A stretch of DNA of 64,000 nt from an uncultured Gemmatimonadales bacterium (GTDB lineage Bacteria > Gemmatimonadota > Gemmatimonadetes > Gemmatimonadales > GWC2-71-9): positions 128,001 to 192,000 of the forward strand of contig CAVSQW010000008.1 of NCBI GenBank assembly GCA_963730185.1. Reading direction: 5' to 3'. The notes under the pieces are model-generated. The model was not told where the DNA came from. It ran no database searches and saw only the letters and a list, made by a program, of their open reading frames with translations. The translations under genes and the position numbers were made by a program. This document shows positions 38,928-50,016 of the stretch, in pieces (the stretch's first letter is position 1; every line of letters starts with the position of its first letter).

Positions 38928-41248
38928 CGGAGGTCGTACTGCGCGGTGAGGTAGAACCGCCGCGGCATGCCGGGCGCGAACTCCTCGCCCCGGGCCACCG
39001 TGTAGCTGCTGAGCTCCGAGTACCGTCGATCGGTCAGGTTCATCAGCCGGGCGGAGAGCGCGAACCCGTGGGTGAGCGGCGCGGTCGCCCGGAGGTTGAC
39101 GAGCGTGTGGCCCGGATACTGGTGGGTGTCGGCCTGGTCTTCCCAGTAGCTCCCCAGCCGCTGGAGCTCCGCCGAGAACCGCGAGCCGGCCCACCCGCGC
39201 GGGGTCGCCGTCAGCGCCACGTTGGCGATGTGCCGGGGCGCGCTCGGGATCTCGTTCCCGCTCAGATCCACGCTGGCGTTGGTCTGCCAGTCGGCGAACC
39301 GATGCCGGGCGTAGGAGTAGGCCACGTCGAGGCGGAGGTCGTCCACGAACTGGATGCCGAGGCTGGTCTCGATCCCGCGATGGGTAGTCCGCCCGGCGTT
39401 CATGGCCTCGGTGTGACCGTCGGGGAAGGTGTAGCTGAGGATGTCGTCGGTCTTGATCATGTCGTAGACCGAGACGTCGTAGTCCACCCGGCCCGCGATC
39501 CGGCCCCGGACGCCCGCCTCGTAGCTGTTCACCTTGACCGGCGCCAGGCCTACGGTGTTCACCGCGCTCCCCTGGCGGAAGAGCTGGCTCTGCGACGGGG
39601 CCCGGAAGCCGTTCCGGTAGGAGACGAACAGGTTGAGCTCGGGCGCGGCCTCGTACGTCATCCCGATCTTCGGGCTGAGGTGGCGGTAGGTCACCGTGGT
39701 GTCGCCGGGACGCCGCCAGCGGCCGGTGGCCAGCGGCGCGAGGTTGCTGGTGTAGTCGTACCCGGTCAGATCCAGCCGGGCGCCGGCCTCGAGGTGCCAG
39801 CGCGAGGTCGGGCTCACCTGCACTTGGGCGTAGGGCGAGACCCCGTGGAAGGTCACGTCGTAATCGTAGAGCAGGTCGCCCGCGGTGTAGGACGTGAAGA
39901 TCTTGCCGTCACGGGTCGCCGAGATCTGCCGCTCCACCCGCCCGCCCGGGCTGTAATCGACGTCGGTACCCACGATCAGCTGGGTCCGGGCCGCCGGGAA
40001 GTCGCGCCGGTACTTGAGCAGCACGCCGAGCGACGTGTTCTGGTCGGTGTAGTCGGTCGGATCGTAGGTCAGCGACCAGTTCGGGATCAGCCGCATCCAG
40101 TCGTAGCGGAAGTACGGCGTCGCCTCGAACGACGAGGTGGCGCCGGCCCGCGAGTAGGCCATCGAGTAGCGGAAGGCCCGGACCTGGCGGAGCGAGATCG
40201 GGGTGTAGTTGATGGTCGGGTTGGCGAGGTAGTCGGCCTCGGAGATGGCCGACGTGCCGGCCGTGTTCTGCTCGATCCGCGAGAAGGTGGCCACGCTCTT
40301 CAAGCGGCCGTTCGAGCCGACCCCCTGGTCCCAGCGGACGGTGCCGCTCTGCCGGTTGTAGTCGGTCGCGTCGCGCCACCCGCCGGTGCGGGTCAGGTTG
40401 AGATCGGCCCGGAGACCGGTGGCGCCCCAGGTGTTGCTGGCGGTGGCCAGGACCCGCCCCCACCGGTAGGCGCCCAGGTCGAGCGAGAGCTCCGCGTCGG
40501 GCCGGGCCGAGGGCGCCCGGGTCGAGACGTTCACCACCCCGCCGACCGCGTCGCTCCCGTAGAGCGCGCTGGCCGGTCCCTTGCTCACCTCGATCCGGTC
40601 GGCCTGCGGGATGTTGATCTCGTAGAGCGCGTTGTGATTGAAGAATCCGGTCGACCGGGTGGGAATCCCGTCTTCCAGGTAGAGGTAGACCGGATCGGTC
40701 GTCATCGGCTGGCGGATGGCCATCATGTGACCCTCGCCGCCGGTGACCGGCACGTACACGCCGGCCACCCGGTTCATGATCTCTTGCGGGTGGGCCGGCT
40801 GGGTGGCGCGGAGCAGGGCGCCCGGCACCACCGCGATCGCTGCCGGGATGTCGACCTTCTTCTCCTCCTCCCGGCTCGCGCTCACCACGATGTCGGCCAT
40901 CCGGAGAGCGGCCGCCGACAGCACGACGTCGGCCCGGACGGTGCCGCCCGCGGCCACCGTGACCGTCCAGCGGGCCGGCTGGTACCCGAGGCGCCGGGCC
41001 AACAACGACGCGGGGCCCGCCGGAACGCCGTTCAGGAAGAACTCGCCCTTGGCGTCGGAGAGCGCGGTCCGGCCGGTGCCCTCCACCACGACGGTCGCGC
41101 CGGCCAGCGGCTCGCCGGAACCGCCGACTGTGATCTTCCCTTCGATTCGGCCGGTGGTCTGCGCCGCCGCGGGAACGGTCAGCATCAGGGCCACGAGCCA
41201 GGTACGGACGAGTCGCGCGAGCGACCCGGCCTTCGGTAACGAAGTCAT
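38924..41248 (-). CDS. TonB-dependent receptor with N-terminal carboxypeptidase-regulatory-like domain
   Basis: IVVSASR TonB box, RIEVSKGPASALYGSDAVGGVVN plug, NLTDRRY..PGMPR..YLTAQYDL C-terminus. Confidence 0.92.
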   Translation of the reverse strand: MTSLPKAGSLARLVRTWLVALMLTVPAAAQTTGRIEGKITVGGSGEPLAGATVVVEGTGRTALSDAKGEFFLNGVPAGPASLLARRLGYQPARWTVTVAAGGTVRADVVLSAAALRMADIVVSASREEEKKVDIPAAIAVVPGALLRATQPAHPQEIMNRVAGVYVPVTGGEGHMMAIRQPMTTDPVYLYLEDGIPTRSTGFFNHNALYEINIPQADRIEVSKGPASALYGSDAVGGVVNVSTRAPSARPDAELSLDLGAYRWGRVLATASNTWGATGLRADLNLTRTGGWRDATDYNRQSGTVRWDQGVGSNGRLKSVATFSRIEQNTAGTSAISEADYLANPTINYTPISLRQVRAFRYSMAYSRAGATSSFEATPYFRYDWMRLIPNWSLTYDPTDYTDQNTSLGVLLKYRRDFPAARTQLIVGTDVDYSPGGRVERQISATRDGKIFTSYTAGDLLYDYDVTFHGVSPYAQVQVSPTSRWHLEAGARLDLTGYDYTSNLAPLATGRWRRPGDTTVTYRHLSPKIGMTYEAAPELNLFVSYRNGFRAPSQSQLFRQGSAVNTVGLAPVKVNSYEAGVRGRIAGRVDYDVSVYDMIKTDDILSYTFPDGHTEAMNAGRTTHRGIETSLGIQFVDDLRLDVAYSYARHRFADWQTNASVDLSGNEIPSAPRHIANVALTATPRGWAGSRFSAELQRLGSYWEDQADTHQYPGHTLVNLRATAPLTHGFALSARLMNLTDRRYSELSSYTVARGEEFAPGMPRRFYLTAQYDLR

Positions 41249-41345
41249 CGCCTTCTCTCCCCGGAAGAATGGACGCATGACCCGAGGACCCGACGGCAGG
41301 TCGGGCGCTCAGGGCAGTTGAGGCGAGGGCCGTGGCCCTCGGCCG

Positions 41346-41708
41346 CTACGACTGGAGTGCGGCGGGAGGGGCGGTGGCGAAGGGGAGGCGACGGTCGACC
41401 CGGAGACCGGCCGGTGTGGTGACCGGCTCGACCTGTCGGGATTCGAGGGCCGTCCGGTCGGCGGTGACCGCTCCGATCGGCGGCACGGCCGCCAACGGCA
41501 CGCTGTGGCACGAGCCGAGGCAGTGACAGGAGCAGTCCGGACCGGGTGAGCGGTCCGACGGCACGCCGTGCTCGTGGCCGGCCATGCCATGGGCGGACGC
41601 CGGCATGGCCATGTCGCACCGCTGCAGCACGCCATGGGTGGCGAATGCGAACGGAAGCCACAGCCCCAGCAGGGCCATGAAGACGCGGTGCGACCGGCTC
41701 ACGGGCAT
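41346..41708 (-). CDS. DUF2946/CruR-like Cys/His-rich upstream ORF
   Basis: N-terminal hydrophobic segment, HGMAGHEH, CSCHCLGSCH, and LPFATAPP near the C-terminus; directly upstream of the TBDT. Confidence 0.72.
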   Translation of the reverse strand: MPVSRSHRVFMALLGLWLPFAFATHGVLQRCDMAMPASAHGMAGHEHGVPSDRSPGPDCSCHCLGSCHSVPLAAVPPIGAVTADRTALESRQVEPVTTPAGLRVDRRLPFATAPPAALQS

Positions 41709-41749
41709 GAACGGCAATTTAAGGACGGTGAGCCTTCTAGGGGACCCCA

Positions 41750-42445
41750 CTAGCCCACCGCGCCGAAGAGCCGGCCCACCAGCGCGGTCGCGCCCATGGC
41801 AACGGCGCCCCAGAAGGTGACTCGGGCGGCGCCGACCATGACCGAAGCCCCACCCAACCGGCCCGCGACGCCGCCCAGGACCGCCAGGAGGACCAGCGAG
41901 CTGCCCATGACGACGGCACTGAGGCTGGCGGCGTGCCACGTGCCGGCGAGGATGAGGGGTGGCGCGGCGCCGAGCGCAAAGGCGGCGGCCGACGAGAGCG
42001 CCGCCTGGAGTGGGCGCGCCCGAGTCGCCGCGTTCTGGCCGAGCTCGTCCCGGGCATGGGCCCCGAGCGCATCGTGGCCGGCGAGCTGGCGGGCGACCTG
42101 GTCCGCCAACTCCGGGCTGAGGCCCCGAGCCACGTAGATGCCGGCCAGCTCCCGGTGCTCCGCCTCGGGCGAGGCGGCGAGCTCCTGCCGCTCCCGGTTC
42201 AGGTCGGCCCGTTCCGTGTCGGACTGCGAGCTGACCGAGACGTATTCGCCGGCGGCCATCGACAGGGCGCCGGCCACCAGCCCGGCCAGGGCGGCCACCA
42301 GCACCGCCCCCGGAGCCGGGTTGGCCGAGGCCACGCCCACCACCAAGCTGCTGGTGGAGATCAACCCGTCGTTGGCGCCGAGCACGGCGGCCCGGAGCCA
42401 GCCGACGTGCTCCGTGTAGTGCCGTTCAGCGGGGGGCATGGCCAC
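41750..42445 (-). CDS. VIT1/CCC1 family Fe/Mn transporter
   Basis: WLRAAVLGANDGL, SMAAGEYVSVSSQ and HARDELG. Confidence 0.93.
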   Translation of the reverse strand: MAMPPAERHYTEHVGWLRAAVLGANDGLISTSSLVVGVASANPAPGAVLVAALAGLVAGALSMAAGEYVSVSSQSDTERADLNRERQELAASPEAEHRELAGIYVARGLSPELADQVARQLAGHDALGAHARDELGQNAATRARPLQAALSSAAAFALGAAPPLILAGTWHAASLSAVVMGSSLVLLAVLGGVAGRLGGASVMVGAARVTFWGAVAMGATALVGRLFGAVG

Positions 42446-42457
42446 TCGCGTCAGGGG

Positions 42458-44424
<1,967 letters not shown>

Positions 44425-44477
44425 GGGGTCCCTCGTTTCGTGAGGCGCGGGTGGCCGCGGCCGAATGGGCCGGTCGG

Positions 44478-45332
44478 TCAGTCCGCGCGAAAGTGAACCG
44501 GGTCACGCAAACTCTGCAGCTCCCGGTAGAAATACAGGGCCGTCGGTTGCTTCCGCCGGAGGGGAAGCTTCCGGAGAAACTCGAGCTCCTCTTCGGTCGC
44601 GGTGCCGGAGAGGTCCGGATCGGCGAGGAACTGCCGAAACCCGGGCTGGTCGGCCACCGGCTTCGAGGGCCGTTCGACGATCTCGAACCGGCGCACCGGC
44701 TCGTCGGCGGCGCGATGGTCGAGCACGACGTCGAGCGCGAAGGTCGCGAGGTCGACGTCCCAGGACGCGATCAGCGGATCGAGGAACGAGACGCAGCTGT
44801 CCTTGGAGAGGTCGAAGACGTCGGCGTCGAGAAACTCGAGCGCGCTGACCCGGACCTCTTCGTAGCTCCGCCGGGCCACCTTGGCGATGCGGCGGATCCC
44901 GGCCGGATGCTCGAGCTCCCGGTGGGCCACGTCCTTGACCACGTCCACCAGCTTCTGGGTCACCAGCCGTTCCAGCTCGCCGAACGACTGCTGCTCGAAG
45001 ATTGCTCGGATCTCGGGCTCCTTGGCCGGGTTGCACTTTGCCAGCACGAGGGCCCGCACCTCTTCGAACAGCGGCGGGAGGCCGCCTTCGACGTAGCGCT
45101 TCAGGTGCTTGGCGCGCTCGAGCCGGGCCAGCCGGGCCAGCTCCCCCAGCGGCAGCTTCAGGAACCTGTCCATCTTCTCGTAGATGTCGGTCCGTTCCGG
45201 GTCGGGCGGATGCTTCTTGCGGCGGAGGAGTTGGGACACGTACGACTCGGTGACCCGAGCGGCTCGCGCCAGCTCCCGCTGTTCCAAACCCAGGTCGTCG
45301 AGCCGCTGGCGGATCGCGAACGACACATCCAC
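44478..45332 (-). CDS. XRE-family HTH domain protein
   Basis: N-terminal QRELARAARVTESYVSQL HTH; GTG start after GGAGG. Confidence 0.82.
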   Translation of the reverse strand: MDVSFAIRQRLDDLGLEQRELARAARVTESYVSQLLRRKKHPPDPERTDIYEKMDRFLKLPLGELARLARLERAKHLKRYVEGGLPPLFEEVRALVLAKCNPAKEPEIRAIFEQQSFGELERLVTQKLVDVVKDVAHRELEHPAGIRRIAKVARRSYEEVRVSALEFLDADVFDLSKDSCVSFLDPLIASWDVDLATFALDVVLDHRAADEPVRRFEIVERPSKPVADQPGFRQFLADPDLSGTATEEELEFLRKLPLRRKQPTALYFYRELQSLRDPVHFRAD

Positions 45333-45546
45333 GGTCCATCGCCTCCCTGGTTGAATACTAAAGGTAAGTACGCACCACATGATCAATCCAACTGAACAAT
45401 AATAGTTAAGTGGAGACGTCCCAACAAGTCCGTCCGTGTCTCATCCCTATTTCCATCCGACGATCGATGGCGTCCGGCGCCTGCTGGCGCGACTATTGGT
45501 CATCGGATCGTCGCTAACCCGGGGGAGTACAGTGAGAGTCCATGCC

Positions 45547-46017
45547 ATGCCTCGTCCCCAGCGCGCGAGCCCGCTTCCCGATCCATTGCTGAATCATTTT
45601 CACCGGATCCATGCGTCGGAAGCGCGACTGGCCCTGGAGCTGGACGTTCTGTTCCGGCGGACCCGCTGGCTCCCCTTGCGGCTGGCGCTGTCGGACCAAC
45701 GGAAGGAAACCAAGCGCCACGTCGATCGGATTGCCGCGCTGCTGCCCGCCGGGAGCGATGGGATCGGGCTGGACCGGGTGGTGGCGCCCGTGGTCGGGCC
45801 CGACTCGGACCGGTGGGCGCCGCTGTCGGCTGCGGCGGTCGTCGCCGACCTCCTTCAGGCCGCCCGCGCGGCCCTGAGTCTCTATGGAGCGGCCCTCGCC
45901 GCCGCCACCGAGCGGGGCCTGGAGCACGTGGTCCGTCTTCTGACCAGCTCGTTGACTGAAGAGACCGAGACGGAGCAGCGGTTGGCCGCCCTGGCGGCCG
46001 AGGTCCCGCCCGAATAG
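45547..46017 (+). CDS. DUF892/YciF ferritin-like protein, divergent
   Basis: ET..H..RI and L..SL.EE..T..RL..LA pattern; several metal ligands appear lost. Confidence 0.6.
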   Translation: MPRPQRASPLPDPLLNHFHRIHASEARLALELDVLFRRTRWLPLRLALSDQRKETKRHVDRIAALLPAGSDGIGLDRVVAPVVGPDSDRWAPLSAAAVVADLLQAARAALSLYGAALAAATERGLEHVVRLLTSSLTEETETEQRLAALAAEVPPE

Positions 46018-46335
46018 GCGAACGGCCCGAACGATCCGTTCCTTTCTTTGCGGAGCGTTCGCTCTCCGCCGTCCATCCGACCTCCCCGGTCGGTGGGCGG
46101 CGGGGCCGTCGCCTTGTCGGTGGTCACCGGACCATCCATCCATCGAGCGATACCTGCTCGCCGATGGCGAGGCTACGGTTAGGGTCCTTCACCGGCGATA
46201 CCCAGATCGGAGTCCTGACCATGACCAGCACCTCCATCACCCGAGCCTGAACCAGCGCTTGGTGGATACCCTGACGCTGCGCGATCTCTATCAGATGCAC
46301 CACACCCAGGAGTCATCCTGGAGGAGGCCCGGACC

Positions 46336-46458
46336 ATGGCCCGTGACACCGCGGCCTGCAGCGACCTCGTCGCCAACGACCTGATCGTGCCTGATCTCAC
46401 CCGGCTTGACGAGCGGCCGATCTGGTTCCTGATCGAACTCATCCAGGGGGCCGCATGA
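46336..46458 (+). CDS. Small hypothetical protein (40 aa)
   Basis: Strong GGAGGAGG SD; MARDTAACSDLVANDLIVPDLTRLDERPIWFLIELIQGAA; ATGA overlap with the next ORF. Confidence 0.45.
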   Translation: MARDTAACSDLVANDLIVPDLTRLDERPIWFLIELIQGAA

Positions 46459-46676
46459 GCGCCAAGAAGAGGCTGGACGCCCAGCCGAGCCGGCACGCGG
46501 ACGGGGCGACGACTCGCGCCGAGACCCCGGAGCTCGAGGGTCGAATCCCGCTGCCCGAGGAGATCACCGGACGCGCTAGCGGAAGCGGCGAGGATCTGGT
46601 GGCCCTGTTCGACGACCAATCCGCCGCCCACGTCGCCGACGGCTTCCGGGGCGGTAGCGGGGATGTTCCCCGCTGA
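46455..46676 (+). CDS. Small hydrophilic hypothetical protein (73 aa)
   Basis: Translationally coupled to the upstream sORF. Confidence 0.45.
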   Translation: MSAKKRLDAQPSRHADGATTRAETPELEGRIPLPEEITGRASGSGEDLVALFDDQSAAHVADGFRGGSGDVPR

Positions 46677-46849
46677 CGAAGGGTACACCGCGTCATGAAG
46701 GATCCTTCCTGCCGACGTTACGTTGGCTTATATAGCGCTGTCGTATATCCTCATAGTGAGGGGCGACGAAGGCCGGTGTACGGACATCGACCCGAAACGC
46801 AGCCAGGGTTCCGGGCGCCATCGGGCTCCGCAGACGGCCGAGGGCGAGT

Positions 46850-47530
46850 ATGGCGACACCTCGAGCGAAGTCTCCGGCGGATCGGAATCATCCGGTGTCG
46901 ATCGTGCTGATCGAAGACAACCGGCTGGTCAGGGAGGGGCTGGCTCGGTTGCTCCGTGATCAAGGGGATTTCGAGATCCTCGCCTGCGCGGCCGATCCGG
47001 AAGAGGCCTTGCAGAAAACCCGCGAGGCCAAGCCCCAGGTGGTACTGCTGGACGTCGCCCTCGACGACCGCGAGGGTTTCGACGTCCTGGCCGCGATCCA
47101 CCGACAGGCGCCCGAGGCGAAAGTCATCGTCATGGGGCTCTCTTCCTTCGCCGGGCATGTGGCGGACTTGGTGCGGGCCGGCGCGGCCGGCTTTCTGATG
47201 AAGGACGCGTCGCTTGAGGCGTTCCTGAGCACCGTCCGCGCGGTCGTCGACGGCACCGCCGTGTTGCCGTCCGAGCTGACCGGAACGTTGTTCACCGAAA
47301 TCGCCAACCAAGTCGAGCAACGGGACTCGGCGAGCGCGCTCGACGGGGTGCGGCTCACCCCGCGGGAACGCGAGGTCGTCGACATGATCGGCGCCGGTCT
47401 CAGCAACCAGGAAATCGCCAGCCGCCTTGGCATCGCGATCCACACCGTCAAGAGTCACGTCCACAACGTCCTCGAGAAGCTGTCGCTGCGGAGCCGGCTC
47501 GAAGTGGCTGCCTTCACCCGCCGGACGTAG
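46850..47530 (+). CDS. NarL/LuxR family response regulator
   Basis: IEDN, VLLD and GFLMKD receiver motifs; LTPREREV..GLSNQEIA..TVKSHV HTH. Confidence 0.93.
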   Translation: MATPRAKSPADRNHPVSIVLIEDNRLVREGLARLLRDQGDFEILACAADPEEALQKTREAKPQVVLLDVALDDREGFDVLAAIHRQAPEAKVIVMGLSSFAGHVADLVRAGAAGFLMKDASLEAFLSTVRAVVDGTAVLPSELTGTLFTEIANQVEQRDSASALDGVRLTPREREVVDMIGAGLSNQEIASRLGIAIHTVKSHVHNVLEKLSLRSRLEVAAFTRRT

Positions 47531-47591
47531 CTCGCCCAGGGCTGAGTCGATTCTCACTGGCTGGCGATCCGGCTCGTCCGAGCGAGGTGGC

Positions 47592-47637
47592 GGTCGCTCG
47601 GAGGAGCGATTGTCGTCGCCCGGGATCGGGATAGACT
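47592..47637 (+). promoter_or_regulatory. Palindromic site TCGCTC-N4-GAGCGA abutting promoter TTGTCG-16bp-TAGACT
   Basis: Near-identical copy at 51356-51377. Confidence 0.5.
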
Positions 47638-47696
47638 TGGGGCGAGGCCGGGAAAGACCTCGGTCAGCGGAGCCGGACATCCGGCGGGAGACGATT

Positions 47697-47912
47697 ATGC
47701 GTGCTTTGATCATCGGTGGCGTTGCCGTGGCCTGTATCGGAGCCTTCGTGTTCATTCGCGGCGCGAGCTTCACGTCCCACCGCAATGTTCTTCAAGTTGG
47801 AGACGTCAAGGTCACCGCCACCGAGCAACGGGCGATTCCGGCCTGGGCCGGCGTCCTGGGGTTCGTGGTGGGCGCTGGCATGGTGGTGGTTGGCATCCGG
47901 CGTCGGGCCTGA
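47697..47912 (+). CDS. Small two-TM membrane protein (DUF3185-like)
   Basis: GGAG SD; TM-FTSHRNVLQVGDVKVTA-TM-RRR layout. Confidence 0.72.
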   Translation: MRALIIGGVAVACIGAFVFIRGASFTSHRNVLQVGDVKVTATEQRAIPAWAGVLGFVVGAGMVVVGIRRRA

Positions 47913-47919
47913 GCCCGCC

Positions 47920-49992
47920 TCATCGCCCGAGGGGCCATCGGCGTTGGACGCCGATGCTGAGCGCCGACCGGCGATCGGTGAGCCCCGTCGCCAGATCGAT
48001 CCGGAGCACGCCCAGCTGCCCGTCGGCGAGCCCAAAGCGAAGACCCGCCCCTCCGTCGAGATAGAACCGGTCGCCGACCGTCTGGTCCGCCGGCCCGATG
48101 ACCTCGGCCCCGTCGAGGAACAGCCCGGCGGCCACCACCAGCGGTCCGAGGCGGGAGACCGGGTGGTCACCGGCGATTCCCCCATGGATGATCGCCCGAC
48201 CGGCGTTCCGGCCCGCGAGGAGTCCGCCGCTGGCGGCCGGATGGGCTCGGAGGGGAATGGCCCAGGCGAGGTTCGAGCCGGCGATCGGCCAGGTCCCGAG
48301 CGGGGCATCGGGACTGGCCCAGTCGGCGCCGAGCCGAGCGGACCAGGCGGGGCGACCCAAGCCGAGTCCGGAGGCCCAGCTTCCACCGGCGGCGGCGCGG
48401 GTATAGGAAGGGTGGCTGTTCAGGGCGACAGCCCGTTCACTCGTCGCGGTCAGCGTGAGGCGATCGCCTCGGGCGTGGAGCTCGGCCCCGAGCGAGATCG
48501 CCAGGTAGCTGCGATCCGCCGACCATCGGTCGAGTCGCAGAGCGGCCGACGGACGGACCCCGGCGGCCACCCAGCCGCCGAAGCCGACCACCGTCGAGCG
48601 CCGGGTCTCTTCGTGGGTCGTGAGGTTCGCGCGATCCAGCGTGAAGCGAAAACGCTCCCAGCCGCTCTCGAGCCGGACGACGCCCGGGAACCCAAGGTCC
48701 GCGGGCATGTCCAGTCGGAAGACCGCCCGCTGCCGGGCCGACTCCCACCGCCAGCTCGCGCTCAAGAGCTCGCCGGCTCCGGTCGGCGTGGCGACGTCGA
48801 GCCCCACCTCGTGCTGTGCTAGGGCCCGGACCACTCCCGTGAGTGCCAGCCGCCACGCCGGCCCGACGGTCGGTCGCTCGTCGACCGCCGCTCGGACCTC
48901 GACGAGGCCGCCCTGAACCGCCCGGTACTCCACTCCCGATCCGCGGAGCGCCGGGATCTCGGCCAGCCGTCGCCGGGCGAGGGCCAGCCGGGAAGGCGAC
49001 AGCACCGTGCCGTGCGGGACCGAGATCGCCGCGGCGAGGGTCCGGAACCGGATCTTCCGCGTGCCGTCGATTCGGAGGAGGTCCACCGTTGGGCGGTCGA
49101 TCCGGTTCCAGGCTTCGAGCGCGCCGTCCAGATCGCCGGTCAGGTACCGGCTGCTGGCCAGAAGCTGCCAGCCGAGTCCGTCTTCCGGCGCGAGCGCGAC
49201 GTACTCGCGGGCCAACTGGATCGCCTCGGCGTAGCGCCGCTGCTTGAACCGGATACCGGCCAGCTCGCGGGTCACCAACGGCTCGGCGGGGCAGGCCCGA
49301 CCGGCTGCTCGGAGCAGCTGCGCGGCCTCGTCCAGCTGACCGGCGGCGGCGGTGTCGAGCGCCTGATCGAGCCAGGGTGGACAGGGTATCACCTCGGCCG
49401 GAGCGGGGTCCGGGCGGGTAACGGGTTGGGTGGCGGCGGCCGCCGGTTCCGGCCGGACCGCCAGCGCCCACCGATGGGCTCCGGTCCACCGGGTGAGGAA
49501 CCTGGCCTCGGTGGTGGTGGTGAACGGGGCGCCGGCCGGGTCATGGAAGACGACGTGGTCGTCGCTCCAACGGACCAGGACGACGTAGTGGTATCGGGCT
49601 CGGCCGACCTGAATCAGGGCGATGACGGGAACGCCGTCCCGGAGGGTGGCTTGCACCACCTCCGACGTGCCGGTGAGCACCCGGGCATCCCAGCCGCGCG
49701 TGCGGGCCGCCGCCGCGAGGTCGGTGGTACGGATGCCGCCCTCGTCCGGCCGGACCAGGGCGGCGAACTCCTGGGCGTACACGCCGCGCCGCCCCCACCA
49801 CCGCTCGACCATCGCCAGGGCGGCGCCCCCGCAGAGCAGGACCGATTGGGGAAGGTACGGCACGTCGAGCACGGCCGGGGTCGAGCCCGGGTGGGGACTT
49901 CCCGACGCCAACGACTGGGCCGGCAGCGAGGTGCTGCCGAGCCCAGCCGCCAGGCACAGACCCGTCGTGAGCAGCCGGCCGATGGGACGCAC
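47920..49992 (-). CDS. C39-like cysteine peptidase-TPR-POTRA-Omp85 beta-barrel fusion
   Basis: Signal peptide; VPYLPQ..LCG, HYVVL and HDPA triad; TPRs; POTRA-like segment; LRAH and GAGLRF..RIDLA Omp85-like C-terminus. Confidence 0.8.
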   Translation of the reverse strand: MRPIGRLLTTGLCLAAGLGSTSLPAQSLASGSPHPGSTPAVLDVPYLPQSVLLCGGAALAMVERWWGRRGVYAQEFAALVRPDEGGIRTTDLAAAARTRGWDARVLTGTSEVVQATLRDGVPVIALIQVGRARYHYVVLVRWSDDHVVFHDPAGAPFTTTTEARFLTRWTGAHRWALAVRPEPAAAATQPVTRPDPAPAEVIPCPPWLDQALDTAAAGQLDEAAQLLRAAGRACPAEPLVTRELAGIRFKQRRYAEAIQLAREYVALAPEDGLGWQLLASSRYLTGDLDGALEAWNRIDRPTVDLLRIDGTRKIRFRTLAAAISVPHGTVLSPSRLALARRRLAEIPALRGSGVEYRAVQGGLVEVRAAVDERPTVGPAWRLALTGVVRALAQHEVGLDVATPTGAGELLSASWRWESARQRAVFRLDMPADLGFPGVVRLESGWERFRFTLDRANLTTHEETRRSTVVGFGGWVAAGVRPSAALRLDRWSADRSYLAISLGAELHARGDRLTLTATSERAVALNSHPSYTRAAAGGSWASGLGLGRPAWSARLGADWASPDAPLGTWPIAGSNLAWAIPLRAHPAASGGLLAGRNAGRAIIHGGIAGDHPVSRLGPLVVAAGLFLDGAEVIGPADQTVGDRFYLDGGAGLRFGLADGQLGVLRIDLATGLTDRRSALSIGVQRRWPLGR

Positions 49993-50016
49993 CGGTTGGC
50001 CCCGGCGGGGGGCTTG

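Noticed and set aside
44425..44477. CIRCE element before groES
   Set aside because: The consensus inverted repeat is absent.
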